Assembly (NCBI RefSeq): GCF_006345805.1
Contig: NC_043007.1
Span: 26,350,001-26,414,000, forward strand
Direction: 5' to 3'
Source: Octopus sinensis
Taxonomy: Eukaryota
Length of the DNA stretch: 64,000 nucleotides
Shown: piece by piece, positions 37,329 to 50,857 of the stretch
Layout: each line of letters starts with the position of its first letter
Numbering within the stretch: position 1 is the first letter of the stretch
The notes under the pieces: model-generated
What the model was told of the DNA's origin: nothing
Database searches by the model: none
The model's input: only the letters and a program-made list of their open reading frames with translations
Program-made: the position numbers and the translations under genes

Positions 37329-39413
37329 TGAAATGGCTGGGGGTTTAACTTCCCGTGTTTTTTCACAGGACTTAGGGAAACAAAGGACCGCTGCAATAAG
37401 TGTGTGAATCTGAGAGTGGAATATGTTGGATAAAATCATAATTAACAGACCCTCCTGTATTTTCTTTTACTCAATGCCAGGAATTTTGCATGGTTAAATT
37501 TTGTATGGTTAAATTAGTAGTGTGATAGTTGTGGATGGTTATAGCTGGTCGAGCTATCCCCTAAAGATTATCTCGTTGACTCGGCGTTTTTTTTTTTTTT
37601 AATATGCAATGACGCTGGAGCAATTATTATGTAGGAAGTGAAGCTAACCGGTTTGAAAAATAATGTTTAGGGTGAACTAAATCTCAGAGTTCAAGTACTG
37701 TTGAGCTTTTTTGACGGTACTACAAAATATACGACACAACTTATAATTTAATGAAGACATATACATTTAAGATAACTAGGAAAAGCTGAACTAGCAACGG
37801 GATCTGATAGAAATTTCAGCTAAATCTCTCACAAACCACATTGTATTTCCTTAATAAAATGGAGCAACACATTGGCTAGCATGCAACTAGATATTCTGTA
37901 AGTGAATATATAAATATTTTCTGCTTATCTATGAGTATATGTAAATAGAAGGAACGCCTTAAATCATAGGCTTGTTCGATCAGATCCAAACTGAGTTTAA
38001 ACAACAACAGCAGCGGCAGAGCAACAGCAAGAATGGCAGCAGCATAGCAAGACCAGCAACAACAACAATGAAAACAACAACAACAGCAACAACAACTAGG
38101 AGATGACATCTTACGATAGCATAGAAAGGAACTCTCTAATGCTCATACATACAAAGGAAAAAATCTGTTGAATTCATCAACAGCGATCTCCTTCAAATAT
38201 ATTTACTTAAAAAAAAAGGGAAAAATCATAACGAAACTTAAACTCATACGAACAAATCAAACACGTCATAGAATAATTGAATTCGACAATTGAAATGGAC
38301 AAGTCAAACATTATTCTTCGCTGAATGAGTGATAGATGATGATAATAAACGAACAAAGAAGCTTAGCAAACAATAAAGGAAGCAGTGTCTCACGATTAAT
38401 ACCTTTTTGGTTAATAGAAAAGTGTGATGTGAAAAATGTACTGTTGATATGTTTGAGAGGCTAAAACTTTTCATGCGATTATTTGGTTGGTTAACCAACA
38501 AACGAAGTAAGCTTACTGGTTGTTTGTCCGTCGGTCCGTCGGTCTGTTTGTCTGTGTGGCAGGTTGGCTCAACGATTTTATGATTGATTAGCTTGGAAAC
38601 TAAGCTGATTGTTTTGTATGCTGATCCGAGAGTTTGTTATTTGCCTGATTGATTACACCTCACGAAGAGGCACAGAGAGACAGACAGACAGACAAACAGA
38701 GAGAGGGAGAGAGAGAATCACTTTTCATGGTGAATAATAAAATATTTATCAGCCCAGAGCACGGCGGAATGGCAGATATGGTAGCGTGCTGGACAAAATT
38801 CGTTGCTGTATTTAGTCATTTAGTCATTAGGAGTTCAAACTCGTTGTGATCGAGTTTTGCCCTTCATTCGTCTTAGCTTTATAAAATTAGTACCAGTCAC
38901 GTACTGGGGAAATCCACCAACAGCTAATGCAGTGTTACCCCAAATAGAACAATCAGTATTAAGATAAAATACAATATAAAAATTATTGAGGTGTTTTTGT
39001 TTTCTTTTGTATGTATACCCTGTCGTCAGATATATTCTTTGATATTGCATCTTCTTCTTCTTCTTCTTCTTCCAGTCAGGACTCACGCCATTAGCCACAA
39101 AGAATAATCTCAAATTCGAGCCTACTCTAAGCTGCTAAGAATGCGTGCGGCAACTTGAAGATCCACCCATCACACGCGATAGACTGGCGGTTGCACGGGC
39201 GCGAAACCTACGTTGTTATCCTCATTCCGTAAACGGTGGCTTTTAACGGGTGGAGAGCCGAACCATCCTGGGGTACAGAGGATTCGCAATCGAGACTAGG
39301 GTCTGAAAGTTTTACCACCGCATAGTGGGTTACACCGTGGTTCCTCTGCTTTGTGGTAGAAGTAGGAAGATAGAGTGAGAGAAAGTTGTCCACAGATGAG
39401 TGAGAGAAAGTTG

Positions 39414-39680
39414 ACCAAAATTAAGAGTATGATAGAAGAAGGCCTGCTTTTTATTCCGTAGAAGAAAAAAATTCAAATCGGACCATGTTAAGACCAAAAC
39501 TTATTTACATCAAAAAGGTGCTTTTTTTCTGTAAAAATCCCTATTTTTTACGATTTTTTTACTGTTGTGTCGCCATTTTTCGGTGTATTTCAACCAGAAA
39601 ATTGCTCAATAGAGAGAATAACAAGCTACATAATGCGAAATTTTTACTTTTCAAAAATTCCAATTCTAAAGGGTCGAAAA
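39414..39680 (+). mobile_element. Internal fragment of the 2264-2658 Helitron family
   Basis: Reverse complement of about 2295-2570. Confidence 0.85.
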
Positions 39681-39937
39681 GAAGTTTTCTGTGGTGTCAT
39701 TAGTTTTGAGCGAACGACGGATCAGCTGATCCAATGCAGAGGAGTAATGTTCGCTGCGTGAATGCACTCATTTTCAAGGTCGCCAACTGCTACAGCGTTG
39801 AGTACAATTCAGCAATTTCAATCGTTTTTTTTGTGAGAAAAACTAATTGCATTAGTGTAAGACAGAACATTTTGCTTAGTCATTTGGACTGCACTGCCTT
39901 TGTATGCTGCAACACATTATAGCTGCTGTGAGCGTTA

Positions 39938-40228
39938 TCTTTATATATAAAAGTGAAGTTGTGTGAGTGTCTGTCTCCTACGATTTAGATTCCTAACTAC
40001 TCAAACATTTTGTGGTGCAGTTTAACCAAAGCGGGTATCTTATAGTCGTGATTCATATCGAGCCCTTCTGGGTATTAGCGTGAGTTAACGATTTAAAAAA
40101 AAATTTACCATCATTTTTTCCCATTTTTAATGCATTTTTTTTGCTATTATATAAGGGAAGTAACTCTCTAAAATGCTTATATAGTTATTTCCCTTACAAA
40201 CCCGAGCAACGCCGGGCGATACTGCTAG
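39938..40228 (+). mobile_element. Non-autonomous Helitron
   Basis: A|TCTTTATATATAAAAGTGAAG ... CCCGAGCAACGCCGGG-cgatactg-CTAG|T. Confidence 0.85.
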
Positions 40229-40889
40229 TACTTTGCAAATCTTTTTCCTAATTTTTTTTTTTAAATACCAACTTAACTATGGTATCTAAAAATTTATCTT
40301 TGGTACTATACAAGAACTGTTTACCTTCTTTTATGGATTTCAAACTGAGACATTCTTTTTTAATAATTGTTCAATAACGATTAAATGAATTTTTTGGTGC
40401 TAACCAACGGAAACATGTAAAATTAAAAAATTGTGTTCCATGTTGACGTAGTAGGAATTAAAACCATCTCTTTTTACGTTTTACTTTTTGAAATTTCTTC
40501 GCATTTAAGATATACTTTTTGCCACATCACTTTGCCTAAACGTGCTTAACACAACAATGCCTAAAAAAAAAGAGTGCTATAATACAATCGACCCGAAAAC
40601 AGATGATGAAAAGAAGGAGACTTCATTCACCGTCGTTGAGTAGTAGAGAGTCCCAAATTGCGGGGAGTTCGATTGATGCGGTTGTTATGTCCACAGATGA
40701 GCGTTGCTTGAATCGATGGGAGGAGATTCTGTTCTCATTGCATCTTCTCATTCAACTGAGAATGATGACGGGACATCGACTCAAAGGCAGCAGTAATGCG
40801 ACACACTATACTTTTACTCATAGAATGAAGCTATGTCAAAACTTTGTTAACGCGACATCAAAGTCTGCCGTTTTAAGCGCAACTAAAAA

Positions 40890-40923
40890 AACAAACCCGA
40901 GCAACGCCGGGCTATACTGCTAG
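40890..40923 (+). mobile_element. Second Helitron 3' terminus
   Basis: acaaacccgagcaacgccgggctatactgCTAG|T. Confidence 0.8.
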
Positions 40924-40951
40924 TATATATATATATATATATATATGCATA

Positions 40952-41140
40952 CAGTAATCCCTCGACTATCGCGGGTGTTGCACCCCACCCCCACCCCCAC
41001 CCCGCCGCGATATGTAGAACCAGTCCTGTACATTATATTATTTTTATTATTTTTATAATTTGAATATATCTATTTTACTATAAATAATATGCCGCGATAG
41101 GCGAACCGCGATAAGTGAAAGGTGATACGGCGAGGGATTA

Positions 41141-41143
<3 letters not shown>
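40952..41143. mobile_element. pogo/Tigger-type (Tc1/mariner) MITE
   Basis: TA|CAGTAATCCCTCG ... CGAGGGATTACTG|TA: 13-bp perfect TIR and TA target duplication. Confidence 0.88.
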
Positions 41144-41174
<31 letters not shown>

Positions 41175-41176
<2 letters not shown>

Positions 41177-41330
41177 GTGCACGTGACGGGTTTCCACACA
41201 GATTTTGTCTATCAAATTCACTCGCAAGGTTTTGGTGAACTCAGATCTATAGTAGAAGACACCTGCTCCAGGTGCCACGCAATGTGGAACTGAACCCAAA
41301 ACACGTGGCTGCAAAGCTAGCTTCTTAACC
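41175..41330 (-). mobile_element. SINE family B head, diverged
   Basis: ctatagtagaagacacctgctccaggtgccacgcaatgtggaactgaaccc. Confidence 0.75.
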
Positions 41331-41783
41331 CCGAACATTTCCTGTTGTGCATGCGTAGTCTGTTAAGAGCTGCTTCCTTCCTTCCTTCCTTAGGGTGAAC
41401 AAGCCTATTGTCACACACTTGATGCTGCTCTTGCTGCTGCTACGCCTGCTGCTGATGCTGTGGGTTTATTGCTGTAGTTTTGTTCTTGTCAGGAAACATA
41501 ATCTCCTCCTGGTCTTGGCAATTTACTTGTTTCCTTTTTTTCACCAAACTTTTCTGTGTCAATGAAAACTCCTTTACTCTCCTTCCATATGGCGAGAATT
41601 ATTTCGTTTTTGACACGTAACCTGAAGCGATTTTACAGGCGTTCGTTCATTCCTAAAATCCACCATTGCCTTTTTTTCTTTTTTCTTTTTTTTTTTTGGC
41701 ACTCACGTATTAAAGGAATGGAAATGATACAGTTTCATTTAATATTATCATTATTATTTTCATATACACACAACAGATTAGTC

Positions 41784-41843
<60 letters not shown>

Positions 41844-41861
41844 TACTACTACTACTATTAC

Positions 41862-41905
<44 letters not shown>

Positions 41906-41909
41906 CATG

Positions 41910-41982
<73 letters not shown>

Positions 41983-42069
41983 CTACTGCTACTACTACTA
42001 CTCCTACTCCTACTACTACTACTCCTAATCCTACTACTACTATTATTTATTCATTTATTTATTATTATT

Positions 42070-42105
<36 letters not shown>

Positions 42106-42646
42106 ATTGTTGTTGTTATTTCTATTATTATTATTATCTTCATCATTATTATCATCACCATTATCACAATCATCATCATCATCATTATACATTTTACAGT
42201 CTGAAGATAAAAATATGTCACTCTGAAAATCTTCTAATTTAAATTCATTTTCATTTTCTTTAAATTTGAAACGAGGAAATTTGAGAAAAAATATAATAAA
42301 GCAAAATTACAATTCTATTAATTTCAATCCTAACATGCCCCTCCCCTAACAAACTCTCTGTCCCTATAAAGGTGCACTCAACGCACGTTGATGTACATAT
42401 AATGTCGCTCATCTCTCTCACTCTCTCTCTCTCTCCCACACACACTCTCTCTCTATAGCTCTATCTATGTTTCCCTGTCCTTCACTATGTCTTTCACTGT
42501 CTCTATCTTTACTTCTCTGTCTCTCACTCACTCTCTTTCTCTTTCTCTCTCTCCCTCTCTCTCTCTCTACCCAGACTACAAGCAAATATATCGTATCCTT
42601 AAGAGGCCAAGCAAGTCTCCCTTTCTTTCGCTCTCTCTCTGTCTCT

Positions 42647-42669
<23 letters not shown>

Positions 42670-42680
<11 letters not shown>

Positions 42681-42847
42681 AATCTATCTGTAAATCTGTC
42701 TGTATATGTATCTATCATCTACCTATCTAGAACTGTATCTATCATCTATCTATCTGTCAATCTGTCGATCTACCTATCTATTTGTCTATTTATCTGTCTA
42801 TCTATCTGTCTATCTATCTGTCTATCTACATGTCTCTCTATCTACCA

Positions 42848-42928
<81 letters not shown>

Positions 42929-42930
42929 AT
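42670..42930. repeat. (CTAT)n array; a (GATA)n counterpart lies at 44350-44630
   Basis: Direct reading. Confidence 0.95.
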
Positions 42931-43602
42931 ACCTATGTATATATCTATCTCTCTATCTCTCTGTCTATCTACCTGTATGCATACCAACATATTTCTGTGT
43001 CTAACCCTTTCTTTCTCTCACTCACTCTCAGAAACTAACCCACGCTCACTCTCACGAACACCCTCTCACTTTCTGACTATCTCTCACTCTCTCTCTCTCT
43101 TTCTCTCTCCCCATATCTCTCTATCTATCGATCTCCTTGCCAACATATCGCTCTTCGTACCTATTAATCTCTATCTCTCTCTCTCTTAGACTCACGTCCT
43201 CAAAACTCACCTTCTGACATTCATTCATACACCTCTTTCACTCACTGATATCCCCTCTCATTTTCTGTCTCCCTCTCTGTAGCTGTCAATTGCTCTCGCT
43301 CTTTCTTACCCGCTCTCTCTCTCTCTCTCTCTCTCTCTTATCTCTCTCTCTATCTCCACACACACAAACACACACACACACGCACACGCCAAACATCAAG
43401 CAAACACAACGCTTTGGCTGCAGGCACCGAAGGTCTAAGCACGTGAGTGAGTGAGTAATTGAGTGACTTAAGACCACATTACCACCAACACCACCAACAA
43501 CCACCAACACCATCAACACCACTACCAACACCAGCACAAACGCCACCACCACCAACAACCACCAACACCATCAACACCACTACCAACACCAGCACAAACA
43601 CC

Positions 43603-43634
<32 letters not shown>

Positions 43635-44249
43635 CAACAACCGCAACATCACTAACACGAGGATCCAAAATGTAGTTTCCCTTACCTTTCATTTTATATC
43701 CTCAAGCAAGTTGAAATCCATGTGTCATTGCATTGGATATTTTTAATACTTTTTCACATCTGGAGTCTAACAGATGTAGACTACTTCCCTACATTATAAA
43801 CTCCATCTCTTCCCTCTCCCCCTTCACGCAGTTACTCCTTCGATCGCTAACTCGCCCATTTGCTCAATTACTCGCTCACTCATATACTTAGCTCTTCAAT
43901 AAGAGAGGCCATTTTGAATAGAAATACTGGAAAAATGAAACTTTGCAAAAACACTTTACCCTTAATCTTCATAACATTTGTGTTTCCCGAAGACTTATTC
44001 GTTCTCTAACAACTACACATAATACACACATAGATGGACACACACGTATAAGCTCATAAATATATGCTTATAACAGACAAGTGTATGTGCGTTTGTGTGT
44101 ATGTGTGTGTATGTCTGTGTGTGTATATGTGTGTGCATACATGTATGTCTGTATATATGTGTATTCATATATATAATATATAAGTATATATACATATATA
44201 TATATGAATATATATACATGTGTACATTTATACATATATATATATATAC

Positions 44250-44302
<53 letters not shown>

Positions 44303-44454
44303 CATACATACACACACAGTTATGTTATATGAACGGAAGAATTGATAGATATACATATACATATAGATAGATAGATAGATAGATAGATGATAGATAGATA
44401 GATTGATAGATAGATAGACAGATAGACAGATAGACAGACAGATAGATAGATAGG

Positions 44455-44515
<61 letters not shown>

Positions 44516-44561
44516 TGATAGATAGATAGACAGATAGACAGATAGACAGATAGATAGATAG

Positions 44562-44629
<68 letters not shown>

Positions 44630-45066
44630 CATACAGATAGATAATTAGAGAGATAGATTATATATGTATGATATACACACACATATATATATAATATATA
44701 TGTATGATTATATGTATATATACATATGCATATTATGTGTGTATGTCTGTTTCTGTGAATGTGTGTCTGTGTGTGTGTGACATACATCCTTACGCACTCG
44801 CGTCCTAACACACACATACACACACTCAAATACTCACATACACCCACACTCCTCTCTACAATAAACTTGGTAATGTCAAATAAATCTAAAACTTCTACGC
44901 GCCATATTTGATTGTTTTCTTCAACATTTTATGACCTGCGGCAGTTTATGCTAAATGTCAAACTATTTGGATGTAGTTTCTATTAATTGTCACTCTTTAT
45001 CTCTTTCTGCTTCCCAGCGCTCTCTATGTATATATCTCTCTATTTATTCCTAATTATACATATACA

Positions 45067-45100
<34 letters not shown>

Positions 45101-45137
<37 letters not shown>

Positions 45138-45201
45138 AGTAACTATCTGTCAATGTATGTATGTGTGTATGTATTTCTCTCTCTCTCTCTCTCTCTCTCT
45201 G

Positions 45202-45243
<42 letters not shown>

Positions 45244-45292
45244 AATACATACAGACATACATACATTGACAGATAGTTACTTCTCTCTCTTA

Positions 45293-45322
<30 letters not shown>
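45101..45322. repeat. Spacer-less palindrome centred on (TA)n
   Basis: aagtaactatctgtcaatgtatgtatgtgtgtatgtattt and aaatacatacagacatacatacattgacagatagttactt are reverse complements with one mismatch, and the (GA)n/(TC)n flanks are mirrored. Confidence 0.9.
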
Positions 45323-45324
<2 letters not shown>

Positions 45325-47895
45325 ATATGTGTGTGTCTGTGTGTCTATTAATCTATGCATTCTCGTCCCTCTCTTTATATGGTTATTCCTATCAATTTAT
45401 CTAACACTCGTTTCCCACCCCCCATCATTTCATTTGCCTCTCTATCTATCTACTTATCTGTCTGTCTGTCCGTCTATCCATCTTTCTATCTGCCTATCTG
45501 TCGGTCTATCTCTTTACCTATTTGCCTTTATCTCTCTAGCTCTCTATCTCTCTCCTTCTTCCTCAATCTCTCTCGCCCTTTCTCTCTGTATTCCTTAAAT
45601 ATTTGTATCCCTTCTTCACCTCTCTTTTTCTCTCTCTTTCTGATGCACCCACCAGCACATTTCATTCTACAAACCAAACAACCCTCTCATCCCCCCTCTC
45701 TCTCTTTTTCTCTCTCTCTCTCTCTCTCTCTCCTTCTATTCCTTTCTCTCCATTATGATAAACAAGCCACTTACTTCTTGTTTCCCTTCGGGTGCAATAG
45801 GACAGAAAAAAAAACGCTCTCCCAGAAAAAGGAACACCAACAACAATACCAAAAACAACACCAATGCCACTATTATCAAAACAGCAACAACAGCACTACC
45901 ACAAACAGTCCCCCACCACAACCACCTCTATCATCACCACCACCACCAACAACAACAACAACAACAACAACGATAACATGAACATGAACCACAACAGCAG
46001 TGACAACAAAGATTTAAAGAAAAACAAAATCATTTCTGATAATAATTGTAGAGTATGCTTCGTCTGACGGAGAATTAGCGAAAACTTTAAGCTTCCATAT
46101 AATAATTGCATCCAACGATAATAAGAATGATAATGCTCATTCAATAAAACAAATTACCTTTTATTCTATTTTTGCCTCTTTTATATATTTTTGTCTATTA
46201 TTTTTGTTGATTTTTGTGTTTGTATGTGGTCTTTTTTGCTTCTCTTTTATTTGTTTTTCTTTTTCTATTACAATCATTGTTGCAGTGCAGGGGACACAAT
46301 AAGGGAGCGTCTATAATATTAACAATGCTTGCTGGACCTCTTGACCACAGATATGGCTATGAGACCAATTTCCTCCCTATTCAGTCGTAATTAAAGAAAA
46401 TATAGAGCGTCCGTACTTAATAAAAAAAAAGAGTAATAATATTTTGTTATTATTGTTGCTTTTGGATATTTTATATCAATTTATATATTTTATTTAGTTT
46501 TCTTTTGTTTCGATATCACTCTCGTTGTTTCAAACAAGCAAACAAACAAACAAACCAAAAATGTCTCCACCATTTTGAAATTTGTCAACGCGATGTCCGC
46601 CATTTTGAAATTTGTCAAACAGTGTCCACCAATTTGTTATCTGTTATTTAATGTCCTCAATTTGTCACCCTTGTGGCAATGAAAGTTCATTGACAGAAAC
46701 AATATCTCTTAAGCCATCCTATTACATTCTCTGTTAGAGTGGCTTCGTTAAATCGTTCGAGCATCGTACAAATCCACTCCGGTTGTTTCTACACTGAGTT
46801 CAAATCCCGTTTGAAGTAATTTTACCTGTTATCTTTTCAGGGTCGGTAAAATAAAGTACCAGGGAAATACTGAAATCGGTTCCACAAGGTCCTTTTTCTT
46901 TCTTTCTTTATTTATTTATTTCATTCTTTCGTTCTTTTTTAAACCTGCTTGTCTCTTTCTTTCAGAATAGGCTGATCCCGATCTGGTTGTCAGATTTATG
47001 AACACAACAGCTAGTCCCAAGCCTTAATAAAAGATGAGGACTGAACTACAGGATAGCGACCCTATAATAAAATACAATACTATAAAAATTGTGCCCACAC
47101 CATGACTACCTTAAACAAGAAGGAACTGTATAAAACCTGTATGCAGGTATGTAGGACATAGATTAACCGATATACAGTACTGCAGAGAATAGACCAAAGA
47201 AAGGTTTTATGTTTTGAGTTCAAATCTACCCTTTCGTGACATGTGGCGAAGGTTTTCTTTTAACAGGCCTAGTGTCCACTGGGCTAGACTTATTCAATGC
47301 TTACTTCTTGTTTTAAAGTATAGTGTGTGATTTCAGGAAAAATTTGGTTGTTCATTCTATTTTGGCCGAATGACGACGTAGAGGCTTCCTCAATTATGCT
47401 GTTGTTGTTTTTGCTGTTTCTGTTGTGGTGTCTTACTGCTACTGCTACTACTTCTGCTACTGCTGTTGAATATACGTAGTCACTCGCGTCAACTAGATGT
47501 AGTAGAGAAATCACCTTCAAATTTCATTCTGTGTAGTTAAAGTTAAATCGTTAGATGCACCAAAACTAGCCAGCAGTAAAACTTGTCTAACGAAAGGAAA
47601 TTGCTTGCAATAATAATAGTAATAACAAAACAAAATCAATAATAACAACAACAATGATGATGATAATAATGCAATACAAGGCACTGGCTCTCATGGCTTC
47701 TGATTTTAACTGATTTGAAATGTTATGTACATGTTTTCACGTTGAGTCTCCTTATAGTACAACTGTTGAACGACCGTGTCGGGAGTGAGTTGCAGGTTAC
47801 AAACAAGTCAGTGATTGGTGCCATGCTCTTCTGGCGGGAAGGTGACAAGGGGTTGTTCGAGCAACTTGGCAGAACGAATCATTCTATTAGTGAAA

Positions 47896-48178
47896 GTGCA
47901 TGGCTCAGTGGTTAGGGCGTCAGGCTCACAATCATGAGTTAATGAGTTCGATTCCCGGACTGAGCTGTGTGTTGCGGTCTTGAACAAGACATTTTATTTC
48001 AAGTTGTTCCAGTTCAGTCAGCTGTAGAAATGTTTTGCGACGTCACTGGTGCCAAGCTGTATCGGCCTTTGCCTGTCCCTTGGGTAACATCAGTGGTGTG
48101 GAGAGGTGAGGCTGGTATGCATGGGCGACTGCTGGTCTTCCATAAACAACCATGCCCGGACTTAAGCCTCGCAGAGGA
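47896..48178 (+). mobile_element. SINE family C, near full length
   Basis: Homologous to the reverse complement of 19821-20144. Confidence 0.88.
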
Positions 48179-48369
48179 AATTTCTAGATTTTGTTTTAGG
48201 TTTTTCGCTGTTTATAATTTTTGCTGACACACATCAATGAAAGGTATACATATATATACCAACATCCTTTATCTTAGAACATATATTCGTGTATGTGTGT
48301 GTGTATACACATACATGCTCACATGCATGCATACATATATACATGCGTTCCTACATACATGTATATATA

Positions 48370-48670
48370 TATCAATAATAATAAAGGGTAAAATTAATTA
48401 ATCAATTAACAATTAATAATTTTACCGAGTAGTTCGGTATGTTAAAAGGACCATAATCGGTAATCTTATAAAAAAATTCTATAATTATGAGCATAATTAT
48501 AATTAGGGTTCAGCAAATTGCTTCACCACATACCGAAATTTAGAAATAACAGTTAAATACTATTCCTCTACCATAAGATATCTCCCAGGCAGCAATACTC
48601 CTAATTCATGTAGGTAAAGAGAAATTTGTTGAACTCTAATTATAATTATGCTTATAATTATAGAATTTTT
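48370..48670. repeat. (TA)n-flanked repeat with 48-bp inverted arms
   Basis: Arms 48472-48519 and 48623-48670. Confidence 0.75.
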
Positions 48671-48701
48671 GTACATGTATATATATATACATATATATAC
48701 A

Positions 48702-49162
48702 CTTTTACTCTTTTACTCTTTTATTTGTTTCAGTCATTTGACTGCGGCCATGCTGGAGCTCCGCCTTTAGTCGAGCAAATCGACCCCAGGACTTATTCTT
48801 TGTAAGCCTAGTACTTATTCTATCGGTCTCTCTTGTCGAACCGGTAAGTGACGGGGGCGTAAGCACACCAGCATCGGTTGTCAAAGCGAAAGTTGGAGGG
48901 ATAAACACAGACACACAAACATATACATACATATATACACACGTAATATATATACATATACATATATATTATATATATATATATATACTATAATATATAT
49001 ATATATATCTACGACGGGCTACTTTGAGTTTCCGTCTACCAAATCTATTCACAAGGCTTTGGTCGGCCGAAGCTATAGTAGAAGACCACTCTTGCCCAAG
49101 GTGCCAAGCAGTGGGATTGAACCTGGAACCATGTGGTTGGTAAGCAAGCTACTTACAACACA
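48702..49162 (-). mobile_element. SINE family B, full length
   Basis: Reverse complement of 54885-55285. Confidence 0.92.
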
Positions 49163-49205
49163 AAACACACACACACACACACACACCACACACACACACA
49201 CATAT

Positions 49206-49243
<38 letters not shown>

Positions 49244-49542
49244 CGTATGTATGTATGTATGTATGTATGTATGCATGTATGAATGCATGGATGGATGGAT
49301 GGATGTGCATATGTAAAAATCATTTTCCGAGTTGTAGGATATAGTTTTCCACCTGGCGGACAGAAATGCTCCAGGTGCAGGCCCTTGATCAATTCTGACT
49401 GAGAACGCTTTAAATAGCCAAAGAAAATGTCATGATGACAGAATCTGTCGATAAGCCATCATAATTTCTTCTCATGTACAGATTCGTTTCTTTATCTTCA
49501 AATTTCAATACTTGTAAGTATTATCGTTTCTGTGGTCGATAA

Positions 49543-49930
49543 GGATGGAAGCACTCCGTCGGTTACGACGACGAGTGTTCCGGTTGATCCGAATCTACGG
49601 AACAGCCTTCTCGTGAAATTAACGTGTAAGTGGCTGAGCACTCCACAGACACGTGTACCCTTAACGTAGTTCTCGGGGATATTCAGCGTGACACAGAGAG
49701 TGGCAAGGCCGGCCCTTTGAAATACAGGTACAACAGAAACAGGAACTAAGAGTGAGAGAAAGTTGTGGTGAAAGAGTACAGCAGGGATCACCACCATCCC
49801 CTGCCGGAGCCTCGTGGAACTTTTAGGTGTTTTCGCTCAATAAACACTCACAACGCCCGGTCTGGGAATCGAAACCGCGATCCTATGACCGCGAGTCCGC
49901 TGCCCTAACCACTGGGCCATTGCGCCTCCA
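49543..49930 (-). mobile_element. tRNA-derived SINE family D
   Basis: Minus-strand head ggaggcgcaatggcccagtggttagggcagcggactcgcggtcataggatcgcggtttcgattccc (A and B boxes); ggtcgat on both flanks. Confidence 0.85.
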
Positions 49931-50052
49931 CGGTCGATGAGACAACGAAGAAGTCTGTGGATCGAATCATTGATTGAATGCCGAACAATATGCCTTCGTG
50001 GTTTTTGATGTGTTTTACTTAATATAATTTATTTCATCTACCATAGAAGGTG

Positions 50053-50273
50053 ACTGCATCTTTCATGTATTCGGGGTCTTTAGAATATAGAAGCTCCTAT
50101 TATTTGTCAATATCTCAGTAAGTGCGCATCGCCCGAAATTAGTGAATGTGTATTTATGTTATCGAGTGTTTCTGAGGGAGTCTTTACGCTATCACTCGAC
50201 TTGCTAGAAATAGTAGCCAAGCTCAATCAAATTTATCCAACCATCTTATAAAATAAAGTATAGATATATATAC

Positions 50274-50311
<38 letters not shown>

Positions 50312-50579
50312 TGATAGAATGGTAAGACAAGAAAAGAATGAAAGAGACCTCGATATTAGGTAATTAGAGGAATTTATCTGTAAATATAATATGTGACAAT
50401 TATTCGGTAGCCATGATATAAAACTCCGAGGTTCGGATGTCAGTTATCCGGCCTTCGAATAAAAGTTTTATCATGGCTACCGAATAATTGTCACATATTA
50501 TAATTACAGATAAATTCCTCTAATTACCTAATATCGAGGTCTCTTTCATTCTTTTGTTGTCTTACCATTCTATCAATAT

Positions 50580-50639
<60 letters not shown>

Positions 50640-50857
50640 TATCATCCTATCTATACTTTATTTTATAAGATGGTAGGGTAAATTTGATTGAGCTTGGCTA
50701 CTATTTCTAGTCGAGTGATAGCGTAAAGACTCCCTCAGAAGCACTCGATAACATAAATACACATTCCCTAATTTCGGGCGATGCGCAGTTACTGAGATAT
50801 AGACAAATAATAGGAGCTTCTATATTCTAAAGACCCCGAATACATGAAAGATACAGT
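50053..50857. repeat. About 805-bp near-perfect palindrome (inverted duplication) with a 38-nt loop
   Basis: Outer arms about 50053-50262 and 50650-50857, inner arms about 50310-50425 and 50464-50580, with (TA)n between them on each side. Confidence 0.95.

Noticed and set aside
39075-39400. GC-richer segment after (TTC)n, possibly a LINE UTR or SINE D-related
   Set aside because: Only a short gagtgagagaaagttg match to family D, which is too little to classify.
49855-49930. tRNA gene
   Set aside because: It has A and B boxes but no clean cloverleaf or acceptor stem and continues into a SINE body; the other tRNA-like heads are likewise SINEs.
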